This document shows, in pieces, positions 8,839 through 19,186 of a DNA stretch of 64,000 nucleotides. A model generated the notes under the pieces. The model searched no databases and had not been told where the DNA came from. It worked only from the letters and a program-made list of their open reading frames with translations. Each line of letters starts with the position of its first letter. Within the stretch, counting starts at the first letter, position 1. This DNA is from an uncultured delta proteobacterium (GTDB taxonomy: Bacteria > Desulfobacterota > Binatia > Binatales > Binataceae): NCBI GenBank assembly GCA_963794325.1, contig CAWCDG010000002.1, positions 96,001-160,000 on the forward strand, in the 5' to 3' direction. A program made the translations under genes and the position numbers.

Positions 8839-10361
8839 TGCGATCGCTCGCGGAACTCAAGTCTTTTACCCGCGAGGCGGCGCGGATTCTCGCGCGCGAG
8901 GAGGACCTCGCGAGCTACGAGATTTATTGCGCCACTGCCGAGCACCGAATCGCGCGCCTTGCCTACACTTCGGACATTCCGAGCCGCGGCCTCGAAGAGT
9001 TCAAGTCGCTTCATGCCGACGGATTCCAATTGCGGATCGCGATGCGCCATAATCCGCACGAAGTGGGCGCCGCATTCGAAGCGGGAGATTTCACCAGCGA
9101 CTCTGTCCGCGACGCGCTCCGTCGCGCGCGCAGCGCCGCGGTCGTCGATCCGCATTTCGCTGGCTTCCCCGCTGCGCCACTCGAGCGAAAAGTTGCGTTC
9201 GCTGAAAAAAGCGATCTCGCGAGAGTGGGGGACAGCGCGATCGCCGCCGCTGCGTGGGACGTGCTCGACGGCGCGCTCGCTGCGTTCGCGAAACGTCCCG
9301 CGAACTATCGAATTGAGCACCCTGGCCTGATCATCGGCGGCGACGTATCGGTGATTCGCGATCGAATCGCGATCTTCAATTCGAATTTCGCTGAGGTCCG
9401 CACCGACGAAAGCGCGCACTTCAATGCGTCCGTCACGTCAATCGTCGAATCGCTCGACGCGAAGGGGACTGCCACTACGCTCGGCGATTCCACCGCTGCG
9501 ATGCGCCGCGACGCTCACGTCATCGGCCGCGACGCCGTCCGCCGCGCGCTCGCTCTCTCGCATGGCGCGCGGCCGGCCGCGGGAAAATTCCGCGTCGTGC
9601 TGGGACCGCAGCCGATCGCCGAGATTCTCAATTACATGGTGATGGGATCGCTCACCACAGGCGCGTTTCATGCCGCCAGTTCGGCCTATCAAGCAAAGTT
9701 CGGCACGCCTGTGATGGATTTGCGCCTGAGCCTCTCTGACGACCCGGCCTTCACCGCGGGTGCGATTCGCCGTCGAATCACTTGTGAAGGAATCCCCGCG
9801 CGCCGTGTTGAATTGATCCGCGACGGCAAGCTCGTCGGCTTGCTCTCGAATTTCTACGATACCCACCGCATGCTCACTGATGAGCATCGCGCCGAAAAGC
9901 TGGGCTCGAGCGCGCCCGCGAAGCTCGATTTCCCTCCGCTGAGCGGTTACCGCCTCGGCGAAGGTGGCGGACGACGCTTCGACGCGAGTCCGGGCTCGGC
10001 GGGAACCAACGTAGTGATGCGCGCGCGCGGCGGCCTCAACGACCGGGAGCTCGTACGCGCCGTCGGTGACGGAATCTACGTCGGCCGCATCTGGTACACC
10101 TATCCGATCAACGGCCAGCGTGCGGGAGATTTCACCTGCACCGTCACCGGCGACTCGTACCTCATTCGCGACGGCAAAATCGCCGAGCCGCTCGCCCCCA
10201 ACTGTTTGCGCATCAACGCGAACATCGCGCAGGTCTTCGAGCATCCTCTGGCAGTTGGATCGCGAGCGCGTCCCGCGACGGTGTGGGGCTCGCCCGAGGC
10301 CTACTACGTTCCTTCGATCGCCGCCGACTCGGTCGCGCTGGCGGAAGTCGCGCCAACTTAG
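8838..10361 (+). CDS. pmbA: PmbA/TldE family subunit
   Basis: Follows tldD with a stop/start overlap; EGIP...LIRDGKLVGLL, NGQRAGDFT; lacks HExxH. Confidence 0.75.
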   Translation: MRSLAELKSFTREAARILAREEDLASYEIYCATAEHRIARLAYTSDIPSRGLEEFKSLHADGFQLRIAMRHNPHEVGAAFEAGDFTSDSVRDALRRARSAAVVDPHFAGFPAAPLERKVAFAEKSDLARVGDSAIAAAAWDVLDGALAAFAKRPANYRIEHPGLIIGGDVSVIRDRIAIFNSNFAEVRTDESAHFNASVTSIVESLDAKGTATTLGDSTAAMRRDAHVIGRDAVRRALALSHGARPAAGKFRVVLGPQPIAEILNYMVMGSLTTGAFHAASSAYQAKFGTPVMDLRLSLSDDPAFTAGAIRRRITCEGIPARRVELIRDGKLVGLLSNFYDTHRMLTDEHRAEKLGSSAPAKLDFPPLSGYRLGEGGGRRFDASPGSAGTNVVMRARGGLNDRELVRAVGDGIYVGRIWYTYPINGQRAGDFTCTVTGDSYLIRDGKIAEPLAPNCLRINANIAQVFEHPLAVGSRARPATVWGSPEAYYVPSIAADSVALAEVAPT

Positions 10362-10366
10362 CTCGA

Positions 10367-11437
10367 CTACATCCGCTCGATTACGTCGCGCGAAATTTCG
10401 TCGACGCAATCGTTGTAACCGTCCATCGGCGGATTGATGAACACTTGCGACAGTCCGGCACGTTCCATTGCTCGCAGCCGTTCGACGATCTCCTCCTTCG
10501 GCCCGATCATAGTTGTCGCCGCGATCGTCTCGGGCGTCACGTACTTCTGTTCCAGCGGCGCGACGTACGTACAGTGCCCGATGTGCAGCTCTAGGTAACG
10601 CTCGGACGCCGGCGTCTTCATCTTCGCGACGTACTCCTCGTATGCCTTGTACACTTCGGCGACTGCCTCGGGCAGGTAACCGGCGCGCGCATATCCCGCC
10701 GCGATCGCATGGAAACTCGCCATTACCCAGTGCCCGGTCATCGCCTTCACGCGCGGCGAATCTAGTTTCTCACCGGGCCTCAATACGCAAATGTGAGTCA
10801 GCGATACGATCGGCATTTTCTCCGCACTGCGCCCGGCTTTCGACGCGCCGGCCTCGAGGCTTTTTCTCACTGCGCCGACTCGATCGGCGTCCGTGACTCC
10901 CGTCGTGATCGCGCCGTCGCCAAACTCGCCCGCAAGCGCCAAAGTCTTGGGGCCGTTGGCTGCCACGTACAGTGGAATCTTGTCGTCGAGGTTGATGAAG
11001 CGCCGATCGCGATGCAGGTACCTGATTTTCCGGCTGAGTCCCTCGGTGTTGTAAATCGCCTCGCCGTCACGCAGTAGATCGCGAATCACGCGCACCTGCT
11101 CGCGAAACTCCGCCTGCTTGACCGGCGGCAATCCCATCACGCGCCGCCCCGTATGCCCGGTGCCGAATCCGAGAATCACCCGTCCCGGCGCGAGCTGATT
11201 GATCGTCGCGATCGAATGCACCGTCACCGGGGGAATTCTGTTCGATGCAATCGCCACGCCCGTGCCGAGTTTGATCTTTTTCGTGTTCACGGCCGCCAGC
11301 GCCATGCAGGCGTAGGTATCGCCCCAAATCATGTGCGAGTCGGGAATCCAGGCGTGAGTGAAGCCGCGCTCCTCGGCGTACTTGACGTCGGTGATTGCGC
11401 GCTCCGGCTTGGTGAATATCAGAGTTCCAAAATCCAT
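10367..11437 (-). CDS. LLM class flavin/F420-dependent oxidoreductase
   Basis: AEERGFTHAWIPDSH, IKLGTGV, GRVILGFGTG, AANGPKTL. Confidence 0.9.
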   Translation of the reverse strand: MDFGTLIFTKPERAITDVKYAEERGFTHAWIPDSHMIWGDTYACMALAAVNTKKIKLGTGVAIASNRIPPVTVHSIATINQLAPGRVILGFGTGHTGRRVMGLPPVKQAEFREQVRVIRDLLRDGEAIYNTEGLSRKIRYLHRDRRFINLDDKIPLYVAANGPKTLALAGEFGDGAITTGVTDADRVGAVRKSLEAGASKAGRSAEKMPIVSLTHICVLRPGEKLDSPRVKAMTGHWVMASFHAIAAGYARAGYLPEAVAEVYKAYEEYVAKMKTPASERYLELHIGHCTYVAPLEQKYVTPETIAATTMIGPKEEIVERLRAMERAGLSQVFINPPMDGYNDCVDEISRDVIERM

Positions 11438-11501
11438 AAGTCAGCGCCCTCTCTTTGCGACGTGACTATAGCCGACCTTCACCGCCATTCGTCAAAGCAA
11501 T

Positions 11502-12296
11502 CTATGGCGCGACGCCGATCGCAGCGAACACTCGATGTATCACGGGCATCGGATCCTCGGGCCATCGCTCCGCCAGCATCGCGCGCAATTCGTCGTCGAA
11601 TGCCGCAACCGCCTCCGGCGCAAGGCTCGCGCCAACTCCCGCACTCGCGCGAATCCGCCCGCGCCACGCTTCATGCGTATAGATCGCGTCGATGTCGAAC
11701 GAGAACGTTTCGATACTTTTGAAACCCGCGACCGCTATGTCGCGCAGCCATTGGGGATGGATTCCCAAACCTCCGCCGAGCTTCCATTTCGGATTGTGTT
11801 TCTCGATCAGCTTTTCCGTCGCTTCGATCATATTGCCGGGCAGCGGAATCCAGTCGAAATGAGCGATCACCAACCTGCCGCCCGGTTTCAGCACGCGTCG
11901 CGCTTCCGCGGCTGCGCGAGGACGATCGAACCAATGCCAACATTGTCCAGCCGTCACGAGATCGAACTCCGCCGCGGGCAGCCCGGTTTCTTCTGCTGAC
12001 GCGTTGACGTATTGGACGACGACGCCCGCGTCACGATCCAGCTCGGCAGCTTGCTCCATCAGCGGCGCCGATCGATCGAAGCCGATAACTTCGCACCCGC
12101 GAAGCGCCAGCCCGCGCGCGATTGTGCCGGTGCCGGTTCCCAGGTCGAGCGCGCGCATTCCAGCTTTCAAAATTCCTGACGTAGCCAGCCGTTCGAAGAA
12201 TTCGTCGGGGAACCCCGCGCGATGACGTCCATAGTCGCTGGCCGTCTTCCCAAAATCCGCGCGCAACTCCTTAAACCGTACTTCCGCTGAGCTCAT
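11502..12296 (-). CDS. Class I SAM-dependent methyltransferase
   Basis: LDLGTGTG, FDLVTAGQCWHWFD, VLKPGG; start at MSSAEV. Confidence 0.9.
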   Translation of the reverse strand: MSSAEVRFKELRADFGKTASDYGRHRAGFPDEFFERLATSGILKAGMRALDLGTGTGTIARGLALRGCEVIGFDRSAPLMEQAAELDRDAGVVVQYVNASAEETGLPAAEFDLVTAGQCWHWFDRPRAAAEARRVLKPGGRLVIAHFDWIPLPGNMIEATEKLIEKHNPKWKLGGGLGIHPQWLRDIAVAGFKSIETFSFDIDAIYTHEAWRGRIRASAGVGASLAPEAVAAFDDELRAMLAERWPEDPMPVIHRVFAAIGVAP

Positions 12297-12401
12297 GCGC
12301 CTTACCTCTCTTGAACTTGACTGTATAGAACTGTCTCTATCTGGATGCAAGTTGACTCGACACCACTTGACGCGCCCCCCCGCGCGTGGCGTGATTCTCA
12401 T

Positions 12402-13733
12402 GTGGCCAGTCGCAATCCTGAGCGCGCCAATTCCGAACGCGCCGGCATGATGACCGCGAACGAGGCGGCCGATCAGCTTGGCGTAAAGCTTGGCACGCTC
12501 TACGCCTACGTCAGTCGCGGATGGCTGAAGAGTTATCGGCGCAAAGTTGGCCGCCAGGCTCTCTATCGACGCGCCGACATCGAAGCGCTGCGCGGAGTCG
12601 TTTCCAACGAGCGCGGACGTCGCGGACGAAGCCTGCCCGCCGCATCGACCTGGGTAACCGTCGCGCAACCCAAGAGCATCGACGACGGCGCGCCCGGCGT
12701 CATCGTAGCCGAGTCGGCGGTGAGCTCGATCAACGAAAGCAAGCTCGCTTATCGAGGCTATCCGATCGAGGAGATCGTCGCGCACGCGTCGTTCGAAGAA
12801 GTCTGTCTCCTGCTCTGGAGCGGCGAGCGTCCCGTCGCCGAAGAGATCGCCGCGCTGCGTGCCGAGATTCATGGAGCTCATATGCCGCCCTCGGTCGCCG
12901 ATGCGCTCGCCGCGGTTGGTGACGATGCGCCTCCGCTGTTGAGGCTGGCCGCCGTGATGCCGAGTCTTGCTGCGTGGGATCGCCGTCAGCCGCCGCGCAC
13001 TCGAATCGACCGCGCCAAGCTGATCATCAGCCAGCTCCCGCTCGCACTCGCGCAACCGCCCGCGCCAGGAAGTCCAGGAGGCCGCGGCATGGCCGGGCGC
13101 TTACTCGGATGGGTCCCCGGCTCGACGGCGTCCGAATGGGAAGTCGAGGCGCTCGACCGCGTTTTGATCGCATGCGCGGAGCACGAGCTCAACGCCTCGA
13201 CTTTCGCCGCGCGCGTGATCGCGAGCACCGGCGCCGACCTCTTCGCTTCCGTGCTCTCCGCGTTGTGTTCGCTGAGTGGACCGATTCACGGCGGTGCGTG
13301 CGATCGAATCGAGGCGATGTTCGCCGAGCTCGAATCCGGCGCGCGCGTCGATGAATGCCTCGCAGCTTTCACTCGTGACCATCGCCTGCCACCCGGCTTC
13401 GGTCATGCAATTTACCCCGACGGCGATCCGCGCGCCGCGCTGCTGCGGCAGGTCGCGCAGACGATCGCCAAGCATCGCGGCCGCCGCCTGTTTGAAACCG
13501 CGCAAAAAGTCGAGGGTGCCGTTTCCAAGCGTGATCGACTGCGCCCCAATCTCGATTTTTACCTCACCGTGTGCGTCCGCATGCTCGGCTTTCCGCGCTC
13601 GATGCCTGCCGCAATTTTCGCTATCGGCCGCGCCTCGGGATGGATCGCGCACGCCCTCGAGCAATACGCCGACAACCGGCTGATCCGCCCGCGTATGCGT
13701 TATCGCGGCGCTCCGCTGCGCCACTGGGAATAG
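12402..13733 (+). CDS. Citrate synthase family protein with N-terminal HTH domain
   Basis: TANEAADQLGVKLGTLYAYVSRG (HTH); AEHELNAS, GPIHGGA, GFGH, NLDF. Confidence 0.88.
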   Translation: MASRNPERANSERAGMMTANEAADQLGVKLGTLYAYVSRGWLKSYRRKVGRQALYRRADIEALRGVVSNERGRRGRSLPAASTWVTVAQPKSIDDGAPGVIVAESAVSSINESKLAYRGYPIEEIVAHASFEEVCLLLWSGERPVAEEIAALRAEIHGAHMPPSVADALAAVGDDAPPLLRLAAVMPSLAAWDRRQPPRTRIDRAKLIISQLPLALAQPPAPGSPGGRGMAGRLLGWVPGSTASEWEVEALDRVLIACAEHELNASTFAARVIASTGADLFASVLSALCSLSGPIHGGACDRIEAMFAELESGARVDECLAAFTRDHRLPPGFGHAIYPDGDPRAALLRQVAQTIAKHRGRRLFETAQKVEGAVSKRDRLRPNLDFYLTVCVRMLGFPRSMPAAIFAIGRASGWIAHALEQYADNRLIRPRMRYRGAPLRHWE

Positions 13734-13824
13734 CGTTCCCGTCCCGGTCCGCATTCGCCGCGCACATTGCTCTTTGACGCAGACCGGCGCGCCGTCGTAT
13801 TGAAGGTACTCAGAGGTTTCGCAA

Positions 13825-14851
13825 ATTAAAGCGATCGCAAAGACTCGTCCCGCTCCCGGCGCCGAACTGATCGACGCTCCCGTGCCGACGCCCGCCGAAT
13901 CGACCCTGCTCGTTCGCGTCGGTGCGTGCGGCGTATGCGGCTCCGACTTGCACATCGTCGATTGGGAACTCGGCGCCGAGCGGATGGTCGCGCGCCTCCC
14001 GGTCATTCTCGGTCACGAACCCGCGGGCGAAGTCGTCGAGGTCGGCGCACGCGTCACCAACTTCAAAGTAGGCGATCGAGTCGCGCTCGATCCGTTTGGG
14101 CATTGCGGGCGATGCGGTCCCTGCCGCGCCGGCCGCTTCCATCTTTGCTCGTCGCCCACCACGCTCTCCGGCGCATTCGCCGAGTTCACCGTCGCGCCCG
14201 TTCAAAACGCGCACCTCGTTCCTTCCACCATGAACATTGAGCAGGCTGCGCTGCTCGAGCCCTTCGGCACCGGCCTTCACGCCGTCGAACAGTCGTGTCT
14301 CAAGGCTGGCGACAGCGCAGTGGTCGAAGGTCCCGGCCCCATCGGCCTTAGCATCGCGCTGGCTGCCCGGGCCCTCGGCGTCACATCCATAGTGATGACC
14401 GGGCTGGCGGTCGACGCGGATCGGCTCGCCCTCGCGCGCACGATGGGCTTCAAAACCGTCTCGGCTGGCGATCGCGATTGGATCGAGCAGGTGCGCGCGA
14501 TGCTTCCTGCCGACGGTGCCGACGTTGTATTCGACGCGGCAGGGTGCGATCGATTCGCCGCGCGAGTTACTCCGCCGTGGCGGCCAGCTGGTCGAAGTCG
14601 GATGGCCCGCGCGCGATCTCAAATCAGCGGAGCTGCGCGCGCTTTTTTTTCACGGCGTGACGATTATCAACTCTCGCATCCGCACCCCGGAAACCTGGCG
14701 CCGCGCAATCGCGATGGTCTCGAGCGGCGCGGTCGATTTACTTCCGATGATCACCCATCGCTATTCCATCGCGCACGGCCTCGAAGCCTTCGACCTCCTG
14801 CGCGAGCGCCGCGGAGTAAAGGCACTGATTATCCCCTCGGTTAGTCAATGA
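13825..14851 (+). CDS. Zn-dependent alcohol/threonine dehydrogenase-like protein (ATT start; +1 frameshift near 14543)
   Basis: IKAIAKTRPAPG, CGSDLH, GHE, CGRCGPC, GPGPIG; C-terminus continues in ORF 14516..14851. Confidence 0.8.
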
Positions 14852-14881
14852 GTATAAGAACTTCGGAGCCTGACTATTCTT

Positions 14882-14920
14882 GTGTCATTCAGAGCGGAGT
14901 CTGCGCAGCGAAGAATCCCG
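14882..14920. repeat. GTCATT(C)AGAGC...GAAGAATC palindromic repeat
   Basis: Related copies near 21140, 25578 and 37086-37117 (reverse). Confidence 0.7.
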
Positions 14921-14967
14921 GCTCGAATTTGTGGATTAGCTAATCGAGTAGTATTTGGAGAATTACT

Positions 14968-16086
14968 ATGAAAGACGGATTCAAAATCGCCGATGTAGAT
15001 ACTCACTTGATGGAACCAGACTATGTATTCGAACGCTACATCGACGAGCGCTACAAGTCTGCCGCACCCAAAATAGGTATTGCGCCCGAGTCCGGGCGTC
15101 GCACTTTCCTGGTCGAAGGCGAACCTTTCACCCGCGAGAAAGGCAAATATCCGATGGCGGCGCCCGGCTTCCTCGACGCGGTTCGCAAAGCGATGAAACG
15201 TTTCGAGCGCGCTGCCAAGTTAGGCTTCAGCCCCGAGAGCCGCATCATGGACATGGACGAGCAGGGCGTCGACGTTCAAATTGTCTATCCCACCGCGGCC
15301 GGCCAGATGCTGGGTCGCGAATTCCGCGACCCGCAACTGCTCGCGGCGTGCTGCCGTGCCTACAACGATTGGAGCGCCGACTATTGCTCGAAGACCAGGG
15401 ATCGAGTGAAGTGGGCCGCCATTCTGCCCATGCAGGACGTAGGCGAATCGATCAAAGAAGCGAATCGCGCGGCAAAGAACGGCGCGATCAGCTTTTACGT
15501 GCGGCCTAACCCGGTCCGCGGCCGCGCGATCTTTCATGACGACTATCTTCCGCTGTGGGCTGAGGTCGAAAAACTCGGACACCCGATCTCCACCCACGAT
15601 TCCGGCTCCGCGTCGGTCGAGTCGTTCGGCGATCGCATGGACACTCACGTCACCGGCCACATCCTGTCGCATCCATTCGAGGCGATGGCCGCGATGGCGG
15701 GTCTTATCTGGTACGGCGTAATCGAAAAGTTCCCCAAGCTCCGGGTCGTCCAGGTCGAAGCCGACGGCGGATGGGTTCCCTACTGGCTACAGCGGATGGA
15801 ACAGCATTGGGATTTCAGCGGCAACTCGGAGCATGAGTATTTGCGCAAACGCCCGACTGAGTATTTCAAAAGTAACTTCTTCGTAGCCTTTCGCGGCGAC
15901 GAACCAACGATGAAAGCCGCTCTCGATATAGTCGGCGATAACAACTTCCTGTGGGACACTGACTATCCGCACCCCGACGGCACCTTCCCATGGGGCATCG
16001 ACGCGGTATTGAAACAATCGATTCCGCATTCGAGCAAAAAGAAGATCCTCTGGGACAATGCCACTCGTGCTTTCGGCTTCAACTGA
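14968..16086 (+). CDS. Amidohydrolase family protein (amidohydro_2)
   Basis: IADVDTHLMEP, MDEQGVD, WDTDYPHPD. Confidence 0.9.
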   Translation: MKDGFKIADVDTHLMEPDYVFERYIDERYKSAAPKIGIAPESGRRTFLVEGEPFTREKGKYPMAAPGFLDAVRKAMKRFERAAKLGFSPESRIMDMDEQGVDVQIVYPTAAGQMLGREFRDPQLLAACCRAYNDWSADYCSKTRDRVKWAAILPMQDVGESIKEANRAAKNGAISFYVRPNPVRGRAIFHDDYLPLWAEVEKLGHPISTHDSGSASVESFGDRMDTHVTGHILSHPFEAMAAMAGLIWYGVIEKFPKLRVVQVEADGGWVPYWLQRMEQHWDFSGNSEHEYLRKRPTEYFKSNFFVAFRGDEPTMKAALDIVGDNNFLWDTDYPHPDGTFPWGIDAVLKQSIPHSSKKKILWDNATRAFGFN

Positions 16087-16095
16087 GTAATCAAA

Positions 16096-17286
16096 GTGGA
16101 CTTCGAATACACCCCGGAACAGGAATCCTTCCGCCACAAGGTCCGCACGTGGATCGATGCGAACCTCCCGAAGGATCTCTGCGTCGACGATGCCCAGGAC
16201 GAACGCATCGCGCCCAATCGCGAGGTCTTCGAACGCCGCCGCGCCTGGCAAGCGAAACTCCACAGCGCCGGATACGCCGGCCTATCGTGGCCGAAAGAAT
16301 ACGGCGGCCACGCGGCGACCCTCATCGAGCAAGTCATCTGGGACGAGGAATATTCGCGCGCCCGCGCGCCGGTACTGCCCAACTACTTCGGGCTCGGCCT
16401 GTGTGGTCCGACTCTGATGAACTGGGGTACCGAGGCGCAGAAGAAAAAATTCCTGCCGCGAATCCTCGGCGCCGACGACATCTGGTGCCAGGGTTACTCG
16501 GAGCCGGGCGCCGGTTCCGACCTGGCCGGCCTCTCGACGCGCGCCGCCGACATGGGCGACTACTTTCTCGTCAACGGCCAGAAAGTCTGGACCTCGGGCG
16601 CGCAATACGCCGACTGGATGTTCATGCTCGCGCGCACTGACCCCGAAGCGCCCAAGCATCGCGGTATCAGCTACTTGCTGCTCGATATGAAAAGTTCGGG
16701 CATCACAGTCCGTCCGCTGGTCCTGATGAACGGTCACTCGCATTTCAACGAAGTCTTTTTCGACAATGTGCAGGTGCCCAAGGAAAACCTGGTCGGCCCG
16801 CTCAACGAAGGATGGAAAGTCGCGATGACGACGCTCAGCTATGAGCGCGCGTTCGCCGGCGGTGGCGGCCACGGCTCGCAGGTCCGCCGCCTCGCGGAAC
16901 TCGCGAAGATCGTCACGATCGACGGCAAGCCCGCGTGGGAGCAGGAGTGGGTGCGTCAACAGCTCGCGCAGTTCATGATCGAATGCGAGGCCGCGCGGTA
17001 CACGCGATTGCGCTCGCTCACGCGCCAGCTTCGAGGATTGCCGCCGGGACCCGAAGGCTCGATGCTCAAACTGTTCGGCTCCGAGCTCGGCGTGCGCATC
17101 GCGCGCTTCTCGACCGAACTGCTGGGCGCATATGGTCTGGTCGGCGAGCCGACTGGCGTAGTCGCCGATTCCCCGCGATGGCTCAACCGAGTGCTGAGCT
17201 CGCGCCAATACACAATCGCGGGCGGCACCAGCGAAATCCAACGCAACATAATCGGCGAGCGCACTCTAGGCTTACCGAAGGGCTGA
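16096..17286 (+). CDS. Acyl-CoA dehydrogenase
   Basis: WCQGYSEPGAGSDLA, NGQKVWTS, FNEVFFD, IAGGTSEIQRNIIGER. Confidence 0.93.
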   Translation: MDFEYTPEQESFRHKVRTWIDANLPKDLCVDDAQDERIAPNREVFERRRAWQAKLHSAGYAGLSWPKEYGGHAATLIEQVIWDEEYSRARAPVLPNYFGLGLCGPTLMNWGTEAQKKKFLPRILGADDIWCQGYSEPGAGSDLAGLSTRAADMGDYFLVNGQKVWTSGAQYADWMFMLARTDPEAPKHRGISYLLLDMKSSGITVRPLVLMNGHSHFNEVFFDNVQVPKENLVGPLNEGWKVAMTTLSYERAFAGGGGHGSQVRRLAELAKIVTIDGKPAWEQEWVRQQLAQFMIECEAARYTRLRSLTRQLRGLPPGPEGSMLKLFGSELGVRIARFSTELLGAYGLVGEPTGVVADSPRWLNRVLSSRQYTIAGGTSEIQRNIIGERTLGLPKG

Positions 17287-17314
17287 CACTCAAAGAGATC
17301 GGCGAGGTACTTAA

Positions 17315-17731
17315 TTGGAACTGGAACTGCTCTTCGAAATCACCGCCGCGATAGCGCCGCCAATTTTGATTCCCGATACGCCGGACGGAACTCGCGTCGT
17401 CGTGCACGTCACCGGCGGAAAATTCGAGGGCCCGCGCGTCAAGGGGACGGTGCTCGCGAGCGGCGCCGATTGGTTCCTGATTCGTCCCGACGGCAAGGTC
17501 GGAATTATCGATGTGCGCCTCGTGCTGAAGACCGACGACGGCGAGAATATCTACATGACCTACACCGGTCGCGCGAAGATAGGCCCGAGCGGTCCCCACG
17601 GCCTCGCAACAACGCCGGTCTTCGCGACCTCGACCAAGGGCAAGTATGCGTGGCTGAACGACGTACAGGCATTCGCGACCGGTGAACCGGTCGCCGGCGG
17701 CGTGACGTACAAAGTGTATATCCCGAAGTAG
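17315..17731 (+). CDS. DUF3237 domain protein
   Basis: GGKFEGPRVKGTVL..GADW, KTDDG..IY, KYAWLN. Confidence 0.85.
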   Translation: MELELLFEITAAIAPPILIPDTPDGTRVVVHVTGGKFEGPRVKGTVLASGADWFLIRPDGKVGIIDVRLVLKTDDGENIYMTYTGRAKIGPSGPHGLATTPVFATSTKGKYAWLNDVQAFATGEPVAGGVTYKVYIPK

Positions 17732-17734
17732 CCG

Positions 17735-19171
17735 CTAGCCGGCGAGTTTTGCGCGCAGGATTTCGTTGATTACTTTCGGGTTGGCTTTACCGCCCATCGC
17801 TTTCATTACCGCGCCGACGAAGAAGCCGAATAGTTTGTCGCGGCCTGCGCGATACTCGGCGACCTTCTCCGGTTCGGCGGCGAGTATTTTGTCGACGGCT
17901 GATGCGATCGCGCTTTCATCTGATACTTGCGCGAGGCCGAGTTCGGCGATTGTTGCCTGAGCGCCTTTGCCGGATTTCACCATCGCGGCGAAGGCGGTCT
18001 TTGCGGCGTTGAGACTTATCTTCTGCGCTTCGACCATCGTGAGCAGCGCGCCCACCTCCGGAGCTGGAGGTACGGCTTCGGCGAACGGCCGGTCGGAATC
18101 GCCGGCGACGCGCAGCACTTCGGTCATCACCCAGTTCGCGGCGCTCTTGCGATTCTTCAGTCCGGGCAGCGTGGCTTCGAAGTAGTCGGCGACGTCGCGG
18201 TCGGCGAGCAGTACGCCGGCTTCGTATTCCGTCAGGCCCTCGCGCACGTAGCGGGCTTTTCGGTCGGCCGGCAGCTCGGGCATGGATTGTCTCACCTGTT
18301 CTTCCGCTTCCGCAGGCACGATCAGCGGCGGGAGGTCGGGCTCGGGGAAGTAGCGATAGTCATTCGCATACTCTTTCGAGCGCATCGGACGCGTTTCCTT
18401 CCGCGCCGGGTCCCACAAATGAGTTTCCTGAGCGACTTTGCCGCCTGATTCGACAATAGCTACTTGGCGATTCACCTCATACTCAATTGCGTCTTCGACG
18501 AAGCGGAAGGAGTTGAGATTCTTAATCTCAGTTCGGACGCCATACTCAGTTGCACCGCGCTTGCGGATCGATACGTTGCAATCGCATCGGAAGCTGCCTT
18601 CTTCCATCTTGCCGTCGGACGCATCGACGTAGCGAAGGATCGCGCGCAGTTGGCGCAGGTACGCGCCCGCATCCTCTGCCGAGCGGAGATCCGGCTCGCT
18701 GACGATTTCGATGAGCGGCACGCCTGAGCGGTTGAAATCGACCAGGCTGGCGGTTTCGGCATGGATATTCTTGCCGGCGTCTTCCTCGATATGGATTCGC
18801 GTGAGCCTTATTCGGCGCGATTCTCCATTCTCAGTTGGCGGCAAGTCGATGTATCCGCCTTTGCAAATTGGGGTTTCGTACTGACTAATCTGATAGCCTT
18901 TCGGCAGGTCGGGATAGAAGTAACTTTTGCGGTCGAAAATAGAGTAGGGCGCTATAGTACAATGCGCTGCGAGACCGGTTCGAATAGCCAGTTCGACGAC
19001 GCGGCGATTGAGTACAGGCAGGACACCGGGCATCCCCATGCAGATCGGGCAGACGTTTTCGTTTGGGCCGGCGCCGAAGGTCGTCGAGCATCCGCAGAAC
19101 AGTTTCGATCGGGTCAAAAGATGGGTATGGACTTCGAGTCCGATTACCGCTTCGTATGCATCTCGATTCAT
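17735..19171 (-). CDS. gatB: Asp/Glu-tRNA amidotransferase subunit B
   Basis: VIGLEVH, YFYPDLPKGYQISQ, EEDAGK, YRYFPEPDL. Confidence 0.98.
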   Translation of the reverse strand: MNRDAYEAVIGLEVHTHLLTRSKLFCGCSTTFGAGPNENVCPICMGMPGVLPVLNRRVVELAIRTGLAAHCTIAPYSIFDRKSYFYPDLPKGYQISQYETPICKGGYIDLPPTENGESRRIRLTRIHIEEDAGKNIHAETASLVDFNRSGVPLIEIVSEPDLRSAEDAGAYLRQLRAILRYVDASDGKMEEGSFRCDCNVSIRKRGATEYGVRTEIKNLNSFRFVEDAIEYEVNRQVAIVESGGKVAQETHLWDPARKETRPMRSKEYANDYRYFPEPDLPPLIVPAEAEEQVRQSMPELPADRKARYVREGLTEYEAGVLLADRDVADYFEATLPGLKNRKSAANWVMTEVLRVAGDSDRPFAEAVPPAPEVGALLTMVEAQKISLNAAKTAFAAMVKSGKGAQATIAELGLAQVSDESAIASAVDKILAAEPEKVAEYRAGRDKLFGFFVGAVMKAMGGKANPKVINEILRAKLAG

Positions 19172-19186
19172 CAGATTCTCTGTCCG

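Noticed and set aside
12402-13733. HTH–citrate synthase fusion as a novelty
   Set aside because: An already known and widespread architecture.
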